63,430 nucleotides of DNA from an uncultured Bacilli bacterium (lineage in GTDB: Bacteria > Bacillota_I > Bacilli_A > RF39 > UBA660), in assembly GCA_944351765.1 (NCBI GenBank), contig CALVPR010000002.1, positions 1 through 63,430 on the forward strand. Reading direction: 5' to 3'. A program made the translations under genes and the position numbers. This document shows positions 21,029 through 30,258 of this stretch, piece by piece. Under the pieces are notes generated by a model that was given only the letters and a program-made list of their open reading frames with translations, was not told the DNA's origin and did no database searches. How positions within the stretch are numbered: position 1 is the stretch's first letter; each line of letters opens with the position of its first letter.

Positions 21029-21283
21029 TTATATTTTTTTATTTACATTATCCATATTTGGATCTGCTTTTTTAATTATTTTGAAATGATCCTCACCAAC
21101 AATAAGTCCTAATGAAGATCCATTTTCCCAATCCACAAATATAGTACCTGCATCATCAACAAAATCAACTTCCCCTCTTGTTCCACTAGGAACTGCTTGA
21201 CTATCATTCATATATATTAATTCAATTTCAGTTCCTTTTGTATACAAACTTTTTATTCTTTCTATTTCATATTCTTTTAACAA
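21029..21283 (-). CDS. DUF4314-like small protein
   Basis: 84 aa. GTRGEVDFVDDAGTIFVDWENGSSLGL matches my recollection of the DUF4314 core seen on Firmicute conjugative elements. Confidence 0.45.
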   Translation of the reverse strand: MLKEYEIERIKSLYTKGTEIELIYMNDSQAVPSGTRGEVDFVDDAGTIFVDWENGSSLGLIVGEDHFKIIKKADPNMDNVNKKI

Positions 21284-21392
21284 AAAAATCCCTCCAATTC
21301 AAATTACATTTTATACAAAAAAATTATATTTAATAACGACTTCATTCTTGTATTAATTATTAAAGTTAAATAATACATATTATAAATGTAAA

Positions 21393-21425
21393 AAAACTAG
21401 TATTCATAAGTTGATTACTAGTTTT
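21393..21425. terminator. Bidirectional hairpin terminator
   Basis: Perfect 10-bp stem aaaactagta / tactagtttt with a 13-nt loop. A- and T-runs flank it. Confidence 0.5.
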
Positions 21426-21433
21426 ATTTATTA

Positions 21434-21632
21434 TAATTACTGTTTAAAAAATCAAATATTTCATTAAATAAATTTGTCTCTTTATTTGCTTTAATAACTT
21501 TTATTTATAACTCTTTAACACTATTAATATATTCCCAAGCATTCTTTCTAAATTATTTTCTTCTTCCGTCAAATCAATGTCTTTTTCCGTCACTAAAATT
21601 CCAATTAAATCAAATGCAATATCTTTAATCAT
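21434..21632 (-). pseudogene. Internally deleted remnant of a HAD-hydrolase gene (paralog of 51557..52108)
   Basis: 21540-21632 aligns with 52016-52108 (N-terminal ~31 codons). 21434-21505 aligns with 51557-51630 (C-terminal ~25 codons). The ~385-bp middle part is missing. Confidence 0.7.
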
Positions 21633-21709
21633 CATTACTCTCTCTAATTACTATGCCACAAAAACTATGCTTCTACAATAATTAATAAAGTTTAACAAAA
21701 TATAACTTT

Positions 21710-22150
21710 TTATTTTTTTCCACACAATTCATCTATATCTATCTCATATAATTCAGACAATAAAATAAGTCTATCAATAGGTATTTTAATTTTACCTTTA
21801 AAATATCTTTGACAAGTAGCACCTGTACATTTTAAATATGAAGCAATTTCATCATAAGTATTTTTATTTTTTTCTTTTAGTTTGCATAAATTCTTTAACA
21901 CTTTATTATAATTCATTTTTTTTATATTTAAATTATATTCTAGTTTTTTGTTTAGCCCTAAAATAAAAGATAAATCAACTTTATAAAACATAGATAATTG
22001 GTCTGCTATATCAATAGGTATCATTACAATACCACGTTCCCAATTATTATATGTTGATCGACTACATTTTAATATTTTTGATATCTGATCTTGTGTTAAT
22101 TCTTTTTCATTTCTTAATCTTTTAATGTTATTAATATACATATACATCAC
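21710..22150 (-). CDS. XRE-family regulator with two HTH units
   Basis: 146 aa. HTH units: LTQDQISKILKCSRSTYNNWERG and TYDEIASYLKCTGATCQRYFKG. Confidence 0.6.
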   Translation of the reverse strand: MMYMYINNIKRLRNEKELTQDQISKILKCSRSTYNNWERGIVMIPIDIADQLSMFYKVDLSFILGLNKKLEYNLNIKKMNYNKVLKNLCKLKEKNKNTYDEIASYLKCTGATCQRYFKGKIKIPIDRLILLSELYEIDIDELCGKK

Positions 22151-22271
22151 CTACAATAATTTTCTCATTAAGTGTACACAAAATGATACTTTTGACTAAT
22201 GTACGTAAGAAATTTACAAAAAAAGTAAAAAATTGTGGTATAATAAAAAAAGAAATAGCAAAATATCATTG

Positions 22272-22532
22272 TTATTTCTTTGGATTAGTTAAATTAACTC
22301 TATTCGGTAAGTTGTCATAATCATCACGTTCCAAGAATAGTTCAAATTCTTTAACTCCAAGACATTTAGCAATTTTTTCAATTTTATCAAGAGATGGACT
22401 ATGTTGACCTCGTTCCAAGCGACCAATATAATTAGAACTAACATCCAATATCTCTGCTAATTGTTCTTGTGTAAAGTTCTTTCTATAACGATGATATTTA
22501 ACATTTTTACCTAAAATGGTTTTTAACTTCAT
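22272..22532 (-). CDS. XRE-family HTH regulator
   Basis: 86 aa with FTQEQLAEILDVSSNYIGRLERGQHSPSL. Divergent from the plus-strand small-gene block. Confidence 0.7.
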   Translation of the reverse strand: MKLKTILGKNVKYHRYRKNFTQEQLAEILDVSSNYIGRLERGQHSPSLDKIEKIAKCLGVKEFELFLERDDYDNLPNRVNLTNPKK

Positions 22533-22675
22533 CGTATCACCTACACTTAATATGATACGATTTTATTTAAACTATAACCACAACCTAAATTGTCAAGTTG
22601 ATTTATACTAATCTTTTTAACATTTTGAAAGAAAGGAGGCAATATTATCTTTAAATTGGCTAAAAATCATTTAAA

Positions 22676-23014
22676 GTGGCTATTATGTCAGATATACCTA
22701 AAATGATGCTTAAAGAGTTGGATAAATTAATTGAGAATAGAGATAGATTTAATCAATATATTAAAGACGGATTCTCTATTCATTACGATTTATATACTTT
22801 TAATTTATTAATAACTTACAAAAGAAAAGAATATACAGTAAATCTTATACAAAAAAATGAACAATTTTATTGGCATCTAACTCAATATAACAATTCATTT
22901 TATGAAACTACTATAGATAATGGATTAGATATTATTTTGTTTGCCATTAAAGAAAATGAAAAGCTATATAGTGATAAAAAAAGAAATGATGAAAAATACA
23001 AAAGTAGCAAATAA
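22676..23014 (+). CDS. Hypothetical protein (ICE regulatory block)
   Basis: 112 aa, one of the few plus-strand ORFs not antisense to a gene. Start uncertain (GTG 22676 or ATG 22684). Confidence 0.4.
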   Translation: MAIMSDIPKMMLKELDKLIENRDRFNQYIKDGFSIHYDLYTFNLLITYKRKEYTVNLIQKNEQFYWHLTQYNNSFYETTIDNGLDIILFAIKENEKLYSDKKRNDEKYKSSK

Positions 23015-23165
23015 AGATAATGACAAATTAGATTGTTTTGCACGTATTTCAAAAATTAAATGTAATGCTATTAAAATAAAAGATTGTAAAAATTGTAATT
23101 TTTATAAACATATAAAAGATGTTCCACAATATAAAAAACATTTACAATCAAATAGTTTTAATTAA
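22941..23165 (+). CDS. Small Cys-rich protein
   Basis: The likely real start is ATG 22986 (MMKNTKV...). Four Cys in CFARISKIKCNAIKIKDCKNC. Confidence 0.35.
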   Translation: MPLKKMKSYIVIKKEMMKNTKVANKDNDKLDCFARISKIKCNAIKIKDCKNCNFYKHIKDVPQYKKHLQSNSFN

Positions 23166-23238
23166 TTTAATTTTTATTTATAGCTTAAACAGTAATTGAA
23201 ATTTGTAGCAAAACCTTAACAAAAAAAGGATGTGAAAA

Positions 23239-23487
23239 ATGTTAACAAATAATAAAAAAAATGTCACAGTTAAAGTTAATGACATTAAATCTATAAAAAG
23301 TATAAAGAAAAAAATAAATGAAAATGATAAAATAACATTTATAATTACTACTAAAGATATGGAAATGCTAAAAAACATTATAGAAGTTGTTGTAGACTTA
23401 CAAAAAGACTATAGTGATAAAGATTTTCAGTTAGTCATTTCAAGCAGTTATGAAAAACTACATAAAATGACTAATGAAGAACTATGA
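23239..23487 (+). CDS. Hypothetical protein
   Basis: 82 aa with an ATG start, followed by an imperfect hairpin and T-run at ~23499-23530. Confidence 0.4.
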   Translation: MLTNNKKNVTVKVNDIKSIKSIKKKINENDKITFIITTKDMEMLKNIIEVVVDLQKDYSDKDFQLVISSSYEKLHKMTNEEL

Positions 23488-23543
23488 TATATAATAAGGC
23501 AACTGCTAGTACAGGGTTGTTTTTTTATTAACTTAAATTCATA

Positions 23544-23612
23544 ATAAAAAGAGTAATATAAAGATAAATATTACTTTAAATTACTCTAGTTTCAATTATT
23601 ATTTACATATGT
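23544..23612. repeat. 69-bp perfect direct repeat, copy 1 (3' end plus terminator of the paralog gene)
   Basis: Identical to 24376-24444. Contains the hairpin agtaatat/atattact (23552-23575), followed by a T-run on the minus strand. Confidence 0.9.
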
Positions 23613-24141
23613 TTTCTTGTATTTGTTCAACACCTTTTTTTGATGTTTCAACAATATCTAATTCAACATATACTGTTCCTGATGAAGGATTACCATGATA
23701 TTTATTAAATAATGAAGCAAATAAGTAAGAGTTTAATTGTTTAAAATCATTAACTACTCCTTTTCCTTTTAAATGATATGTAAATTCATAATATTTATAT
23801 GTTTCTAAATTATCTATAGATGATGGAATAGCAACAATAAATGGAACATAGCCTTGATAATCATCTACAACAATATAAGATACCCCATCCGATGCCAAAG
23901 GATAATCTATAGTATCTATCACTCTATATGTTCGTGTAAAACTACAATCATATTCTCGTGATTCTTCATTTTGCTTATTCTCTAATTGTTTTTCTAATGT
24001 ACTAACTTTTTCTTTGTACGAATCAACATCTTCTTTATATGAAGAAATTTCTGTTTTTTGTAAGATTACAAATACTACACATACAATTATAACTACTAAT
24101 AAAGCTATTATAGTTATAATTTCTATTTTTTTATTTTTCAT
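23599..24141 (-). CDS. Membrane-anchored protein, paralog A (conserved Cys pair)
   Basis: 180 aa with an N-terminal TM. Shares EYDCSFT.T.RV.D, YYEFTY..KG.G..ND and G..QIQE.ICK with 24431..24931. Confidence 0.55.
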   Translation of the reverse strand: MKNKKIEIITIIALLVVIIVCVVFVILQKTEISSYKEDVDSYKEKVSTLEKQLENKQNEESREYDCSFTRTYRVIDTIDYPLASDGVSYIVVDDYQGYVPFIVAIPSSIDNLETYKYYEFTYHLKGKGVVNDFKQLNSYLFASLFNKYHGNPSSGTVYVELDIVETSKKGVEQIQENICK

Positions 24142-24375
24142 AATAATATTCCTTTCTCAATCATTATAAACTTATACAAATAATCCTACAATCCTCCTTT
24201 CTCAAATTTATATAGTTTATTTTATTACACTCTACTCTTAAATATATTATAGCATAATTTTTATTTTTTTTACTACATTTGATTAAAATAATTTTTAATA
24301 TTTTTTGCATTTATTAATACACTTTTTACTACTATAATAGTTAAAAATATTTAATATTGCATTTTTAGTTATTAT

Positions 24376-24444
24376 ATAAAAAGAGTAATATAAAGATAAA
24401 TATTACTTTAAATTACTCTAGTTTCAATTATTATTTACATATGT
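24376..24444. repeat. 69-bp perfect direct repeat, copy 2
   Basis: Identical to 23544-23612. Confidence 0.9.
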
Positions 24445-24931
24445 CTTCTTGTATTTGATCCAATCCTTGTTTATTTGTTTCTTTAATGCTAAGTCTTACT
24501 CTAAGAACTCCGTCTGGAACTTCTTCTAGTGATTCATCTGTTATATAACGAGTAATATCAGAAATATCATTTATAATTCCTGTTCCTTTAACTTGATAAG
24601 TAAATTCATAATACTTATCAACTTCTAAATCTTCTTTTAAATTGGTAAGAATAGGATGAGCATATGCATTATGAGATTGAAATTTATCAAGAATAACATA
24701 AGATTTTTCTGGAACTTCAGCTACATAACCATCCATTTTATCTACAACTCTCCACGTTTTCGTAAAACTACAATCATATTCTTTCTGCTCTGTTTCAAAT
24801 TTAATCGCATTATTATTAGTATTATTTTTTTGTTCTATATTTTCATACAATTTTAATTTAACTATAAAAAACGTTAGCAATACAACAGTTATTGATAAAA
24901 CAACAATCACTATATTCTTTATATTTTTCAT
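24431..24931 (-). CDS. Membrane-anchored protein, paralog B
   Basis: 166 aa with an N-terminal TM and the same conserved blocks as paralog A. Confidence 0.55.
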   Translation of the reverse strand: MKNIKNIVIVVLSITVVLLTFFIVKLKLYENIEQKNNTNNNAIKFETEQKEYDCSFTKTWRVVDKMDGYVAEVPEKSYVILDKFQSHNAYAHPILTNLKEDLEVDKYYEFTYQVKGTGIINDISDITRYITDESLEEVPDGVLRVRLSIKETNKQGLDQIQEDICK

Positions 24932-24959
24932 CTACTTATTCACTTATTAATAAAATATA

Positions 24960-25679
24960 TTATACTGCATATGTAATATAACTATCCCATCCTATTGCTG
25001 AATCTTTTATAATAGGTAAAGAAACCATTTTCTCCCCGAAAGCAGAACCATTATTATATCCTTTATTAGGATCAACATAATATATATTTATTGAACTATA
25101 GTCATCATCAAAAATTGCAGTAATAGTATGACCACTTATTGTTACAAAATGTCCTCCTGAATTACTATAATTATATGCAGGCATTGTTTCCATTCTAATA
25201 TGCATAATTGGTGGATAACCTAAGTCAATACTTCTTTTTACAATATTATAAAATTGACTATAGGTTAAAGATGCAGTCTCCGCATAAGTATAATTAGATA
25301 TACCTAATTCTGAATTCATAGCACTTGCAATACGTGTTTGAACAGTACCAGCTGAAGTTGTACCAACTAATGTTCCATAATATTCTTGAGTTTTAGAAGT
25401 ACCTCTAATAGCATGTATTGCTTGTTTCATTGAAGCAGGTCCACAATAATTTGGTAATTGTTCAAATGCTGGGACATCTATTTTATTAGTAAAATATCTA
25501 CGTGTCATTACGTTAGGATCTTGATTTAAAGTTTCTAAATATTCATCCGTAAATGGTGTACCATTAGAACAACTTAAATCATAAATGTCTGGTCTATTTA
25601 AAGATTCATAAAATGCTAAATCTTCCTCTGTATAAACTCCACATCCTTCTGAAGCACTAACATTTGATGTTGACATCAT
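24960..25679 (-). CDS. Papain-fold (C39-like) cysteine peptidase domain protein
   Basis: 239 aa. Putative catalytic Cys in NYCGPASMKQAIH and His in GGHFVTISGH. No signal peptide when read from the annotated ATG. Confidence 0.5.
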   Translation of the reverse strand: MMSTSNVSASEGCGVYTEEDLAFYESLNRPDIYDLSCSNGTPFTDEYLETLNQDPNVMTRRYFTNKIDVPAFEQLPNYCGPASMKQAIHAIRGTSKTQEYYGTLVGTTSAGTVQTRIASAMNSELGISNYTYAETASLTYSQFYNIVKRSIDLGYPPIMHIRMETMPAYNYSNSGGHFVTISGHTITAIFDDDYSSINIYYVDPNKGYNNGSAFGEKMVSLPIIKDSAIGWDSYITYAV

Positions 25680-25752
25680 AAAAATAATAGCAGTACCTCC
25701 TTTATTTTTTTTATTACCCCCTAAATTAAATAATAAATATAAATTTTAACTC

Positions 25753-25783
25753 AAAATACCACCTACATTCTAGATGGTATTTT
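25753..25783. terminator. Hairpin terminator between the T4CP gene and the peptidase gene
   Basis: 9-bp stem aaaatacca / tggtatttt with built-in A/T runs. Confidence 0.45.
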
Positions 25784-26040
25784 CATAATAATAATACGAT
25801 TAATTGATGAGCAGAAAAAACCATCATTAAGATAAAAGGTCTAATACTGCTTGACACTCTTTCCTATTAATAATGTATCATATTTTTTATAAAAATGCAA
25901 TCATAAATTTTAAAAAAAAATTAACTTTTTGTTAAAACACATAAAACTCAACTTATACATAATTTAAAGAACAATAATTTACTTTTTTTATACTTATACA
26001 AACAAAACAGAAATATTCACATAATAAACTTAAATACCTT

Positions 26041-27792
26041 TTACTCTAATTCAATTTTAGTATCTTTTTTCATGACTTTTGCTTTTCTAAATTCATCTAA
26101 ATTAAAACATTTTATTTCAAACTCTTTAGATTTATTAGGAATATTTGCTTTTTTAATTTTTATTGGATAATCATATATAGTAACAACTTTAGATTTAATT
26201 GGAAACATTCTACTTTTTAAATACAATGCCTCACCAAATTTAAATCTCATAATTTCATCAGGCATTAATAGTTCTCTACCCATAAGACTTTTATCGTTTG
26301 AAATATTATAATCTAATTGTTCTAATTTAGTTGAAGTCGATACACGATCTGATGAAATTGTATATTTACCTAAACGAGTAGATATTTCTTTAGCAGTTTC
26401 ATTATCAGATGTTAATAGATAAATCCAATTCGTACAATTAGATTTAATTGTTCCTGCCGAATCTTTATATGTCTCTTTTAACTGATCAAAATCTTGTAAA
26501 ACTAGATAAAAACGAATGTTACGAGATCTTGAAACAGTAATTTTATTTGATATAGATGTTATTGGTGGCATATTAGCAAATTCATCAAGAATAAAATTTA
26601 TTCTTATAGGCATTTTTCTATCTTTAAGTGTCTGTGCAGTATTGACTAATGCTTGATAACACTGATCGATAAATAATGTGGCTAATTCATGTCTACTCTC
26701 TTTTTCATCAGGAATTATTAAAAAAACTGCAGTTTTTGTTTTGCCGATACTATCAAGTTCAAAATCTGTTCGACTTGTAAGATTAGCAATACCAGTGTCA
26801 CTAAACATTTTTATGGTAGTAGCAAGAACGGAAAATAAAGTTGCTCTAGTTTCTCCTTTAGCAAAGCTACCTGTAGCATAAGACATCTTTGATAAACTTC
26901 CCATTGGTTTTTGTTGAAAATATAAATCTAAAGAATTAAATCTATCAATTGTTTTAGCTCCATGTTCAACTAATAAATTATATAATGAATATAAATTAAC
27001 TTCCGATTCATCTTCGCAATCTTCTATTAGTGCATAACATAAAGCAGATAACACTGCAGTTGCAGACTTTTCCCAATACATATCTTTACTAGAAAGATTT
27101 TTACATAAAGATTTTGAAAAGTTCTCTATTATGTCTCCTGCTAAATCAATATTACCCTCATGATAATATTTATATGCCAAGTGAAGTGGATTCCATCCAT
27201 CACTTGCCAAAGCATCCCTCAAATTAATAATATGAATCTTATAATTTTGTTTTTTCAAAAAGTTAGCAGTTATGGAATATAATTCACCTTTAACATCATT
27301 TATAATCATTGATTCACCTGCATATCCCAAATTGAATATTAAAGGCATTATCTCACAAATTGTTTTACCACTTCCTGTTGATCCAATTATTAAAGTATGA
27401 TCAAACGAGTTATCATAATAATATTTACCATCTAACTTCGTTACAGGTATACCACCACTTTTTAACTTTTCGCCAATATTCCAAACATCAAAATTCTTTT
27501 TTATTTCCTTTTTAGTCATCCATCTAGAACTACCATATTCAAAATTACCATCTTCTTCAGGCAATCCTTTTTTTCTTAAAAATTTAAGTTTGATGTCTTT
27601 ATCATATTTTAAGATAAATAAAAATATTAATAAAGATAACATAACAGTTCCAAATAATAATCCGACATCTTTTAAAGAAAATAATGATTTAATAAAATTA
27701 AAATCCCATTTCAATTGTATATCATGTGTTATAATCCAAACCAAATTATAACAAATATTAGCAGAAATTATAAAATCTAAAATTACAATCAA
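26041..27792 (-). CDS. Type IV coupling protein (VirD4/TraG family)
   Basis: 583 aa. N-terminal TMs, Walker A GSTGSGKT, Walker B FILDEFANM. The probable start is ATA 27823-27825, 8 nt after GGAGGA. Confidence 0.8.
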   Translation of the reverse strand: MIVILDFIISANICYNLVWIITHDIQLKWDFNFIKSLFSLKDVGLLFGTVMLSLLIFLFILKYDKDIKLKFLRKKGLPEEDGNFEYGSSRWMTKKEIKKNFDVWNIGEKLKSGGIPVTKLDGKYYYDNSFDHTLIIGSTGSGKTICEIMPLIFNLGYAGESMIINDVKGELYSITANFLKKQNYKIHIINLRDALASDGWNPLHLAYKYYHEGNIDLAGDIIENFSKSLCKNLSSKDMYWEKSATAVLSALCYALIEDCEDESEVNLYSLYNLLVEHGAKTIDRFNSLDLYFQQKPMGSLSKMSYATGSFAKGETRATLFSVLATTIKMFSDTGIANLTSRTDFELDSIGKTKTAVFLIIPDEKESRHELATLFIDQCYQALVNTAQTLKDRKMPIRINFILDEFANMPPITSISNKITVSRSRNIRFYLVLQDFDQLKETYKDSAGTIKSNCTNWIYLLTSDNETAKEISTRLGKYTISSDRVSTSTKLEQLDYNISNDKSLMGRELLMPDEIMRFKFGEALYLKSRMFPIKSKVVTIYDYPIKIKKANIPNKSKEFEIKCFNLDEFRKAKVMKKDTKIELE

Positions 27793-27821
27793 AAAATAAT
27801 TAGAATATTTTCTTAAATCTC

Positions 27822-28406
27822 TTATATATTAATTCCTCCTACATCTTTGTTTTTTATTTGCTTATATGAACAAGCATTATTTAATAATTCTTCTAAAAAT
27901 AAACCACCTTTATATAAAGGAATTATTTCACACTTTATATATGAATCAGAAAATGATTCAATACTTTTATTATAATCAACTCTTAATCTATCATATTCAC
28001 TTATATCATCCTGATACTTGTTAATAAGAGCATCATTAATTAAATATTTCATATATGCTTGAGCTTGTTTTTTATTTTTATTTGAGAAAGTATATAAACT
28101 TGGAAAATCATCTTGATTATTAATAGCTTTTAAAAATAAACAATGCTCTTTATCAGTAGGTATTGATTGTATTTTTAAATCATTATTTATATTAATTTTA
28201 TAATTATCATTTAGAAATTGTTTTAAAGAAAATCTATCAATGTTAAGATTTTGATCTAATACATCTTTATTTAAATTAATATTATAATTGGCAAATACAT
28301 AATTCATTATATAATTGATTGTTTTACTTTTAGCAGACATACTATCATTACCAATTAACATATCATTTTCTAAATCATCATCTCTAGTGATATCTACAAC
28401 ATACAT
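27822..28406 (-). CDS. Hypothetical protein (mob operon)
   Basis: 194 aa. Its start overlaps the relaxase stop by 1 nt. No motif recognised. Confidence 0.4.
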   Translation of the reverse strand: MYVVDITRDDDLENDMLIGNDSMSAKSKTINYIMNYVFANYNINLNKDVLDQNLNIDRFSLKQFLNDNYKININNDLKIQSIPTDKEHCLFLKAINNQDDFPSLYTFSNKNKKQAQAYMKYLINDALINKYQDDISEYDRLRVDYNKSIESFSDSYIKCEIIPLYKGGLFLEELLNNACSYKQIKNKDVGGINI

Positions 28407-29851
28407 TATTTTTTTACCTCCAATTCGTATTCCATTTGTTCTATGATTTCTTTTTCTTCTCGTTCCATTTCATAGTAAAGATGATTAATAGCTTTATTTA
28501 TAAACCTTTTATAATTAAGTTCCTTATAAAAGTTTTTTTCTTTTAACTTATTATGTCTAATAGAGTCATAACCAACTCTTCTTAAGTTTTTATATAACTC
28601 TTGTATAGACATGTCAGTATCTAATGTTGATATTGATGCCAATAATAAATCAACATCAAAATCATAATGTGAATTTCGTAGCCATCTCTTAAAAACTTTT
28701 TTTATTTGATTATCATTTAAATCAGCAAGTATGCATATTTTATATAGTCCTTTGGCAATATCTTTTTTTGTTTCATCTTTTACATATTCTTTTTTACTTC
28801 TAAAATTAAAATCCATTATATTTTTTCTTAAAAATAATTTTTCTCGTTCCATAAAATCTTTAGCTTGATATTTTTTAAAATTATCTAAAATCTCATTACC
28901 AATTTTAGAATATAATCTTTGTCTTTGTTCTTCATAATATTTACTTTCTCTATTACTAGAACTCATACCATATAAACTATTAAGTTCCTTTTGATGTTTA
29001 TCAAGTAATTTTAAATAATTGGCATAATCATATTTAATAGAATCATGTGATAATATATATTCAATAATGCTATCTAAATCTTTACGATAAATAGCCATAT
29101 TTTTGGAATTATATTGTAGTCTACCTTTACTAGGAAGTTCAGTATATAAATGCAATAATAATTTATTTAATTCTTTTCTATACTTATCACTAAATAATCT
29201 TTGATTCTTAATTTTATTTAATTCATTTAATCTTACCTTACCAGTAATATCTGAAAAAGATTTATCACGAAGTTCATAAAACTTTTTATAATCAACTAAA
29301 TAATTTGCAACATTACTTTTAAAATTTTTAAAACATATTTTTGATATAGTAGGATTTGTTTTAGTTACTTTATTTTCAAATATACAAAAGTGAATATGTG
29401 GATGTTTAGATGTATCCCTATGTAAAGCACAATACCAACTAACATTATTTAAATTAAGTCCCATATCTTGAATCAAAGATGGAATAACTTGATTAGATAA
29501 ACTATAATAATCAGCTTTAGTTATTAATCCATGTTCTATTGCAAACTCTGATGGAAAAGAAAGAAATCCTCTCCAAAATAATCCTTTATTATTATCTTGT
29601 AATTTATTTAACTCATCATTTTTTAAAACATCACCTTTACTAGACCAAAGGTAAGTATCATAACTTTCATCAAGATAAGTTTCTTTATCAGTAAAAAGAG
29701 CATAATCTTTTAATAGATTATACTCATCTATACTAGAAGAATCTGCTTTCTCTTTTTTAGAAACATAATTCATCCAAGATTTAATTCCTTTTTTCTTATT
29801 AGATACTTTTTTATATTCAATTTTAAATACAATATTACTACTACTCATCAT
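28406..29851 (-). CDS. Relaxase (MobA/VirD2-type relaxase/mobilisation nuclease domain)
   Basis: 481 aa. The histidine triad HRDTSKHPHIHFCIF fits H-x-D-x(4)-H-x-H. It lies next to RHH genes and the oriT-like region. Confidence 0.7.
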   Translation of the reverse strand: MMSSSNIVFKIEYKKVSNKKKGIKSWMNYVSKKEKADSSSIDEYNLLKDYALFTDKETYLDESYDTYLWSSKGDVLKNDELNKLQDNNKGLFWRGFLSFPSEFAIEHGLITKADYYSLSNQVIPSLIQDMGLNLNNVSWYCALHRDTSKHPHIHFCIFENKVTKTNPTISKICFKNFKSNVANYLVDYKKFYELRDKSFSDITGKVRLNELNKIKNQRLFSDKYRKELNKLLLHLYTELPSKGRLQYNSKNMAIYRKDLDSIIEYILSHDSIKYDYANYLKLLDKHQKELNSLYGMSSSNRESKYYEEQRQRLYSKIGNEILDNFKKYQAKDFMEREKLFLRKNIMDFNFRSKKEYVKDETKKDIAKGLYKICILADLNDNQIKKVFKRWLRNSHYDFDVDLLLASISTLDTDMSIQELYKNLRRVGYDSIRHNKLKEKNFYKELNYKRFINKAINHLYYEMEREEKEIIEQMEYELEVKK

Positions 29852-30242
29852 CTACCTCGCTTTTATTAGCAGACATTTTTCTTATATCTTTCAAAACAAT
29901 TTCTTTTGCTTTTGTTAAAATAGGATGTTCAATACTAGAAAAATTTAAATCTTCCATTGTTTGTGGAACTTTTAAATGTTGCATGAAAATATCTTGTTGT
30001 TTTAAAATCCATCTAGTATTAAAATCACTTCTATTAAGGGCAACCATTAATTGTTTAAAATAAATATCAAAACTTTTTTTAAAAGCATTTTCAAATAATT
30101 CAAAAAATTGTGATTGACTATCACTTAATTTATTTATGTTTAATTTTTCTTTAATAGCAGAATATACAAACTCTGATGTTGTTATACCAAGTTTTTCTGC
30201 ATAGGTAAATATTTCTTTTTTCTCATCTTTAGTTACACGAAT
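29841..30242 (-). CDS. MobC-like ribbon-helix-helix relaxosome accessory protein (start uncertain)
   Basis: The track gives only 29841..30047. The same frame is open up to 30275 and encodes ERLTIRVTKDEKKEIFTYAEKLGITTSEFVYSAIKEKL. There is no ATG/GTG/TTG; the candidate start is ATT 30240-30242. Confidence 0.45.
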   Translation of the reverse strand: MRVTKDEKKEIFTYAEKLGITTSEFVYSAIKEKLNINKLSDSQSQFFELFENAFKKSFDIYFKQLMVALNRSDFNTRWILKQQDIFMQHLKVPQTMEDLNFSSIEHPILTKAKEIVLKDIRKMSANKSEVDDE

Positions 30243-30258
30243 TGTTAATCGTTCATCC

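Noticed and set aside
21710-22532. The XRE pair as a toxin-antitoxin module.
   Set aside because: No toxin-like partner (no PIN, RelE, HipA, Zeta or similar motifs) is adjacent. The divergent arrangement with small plus-strand genes looks like a regulatory switch.
22533-22675. A small SD-led ORF (AAGGAGG then ATT/ATC near 22645) upstream of ORF 22676.
   Set aside because: It is only ~20 codons, in a different frame from the downstream gene, and has no supporting features.
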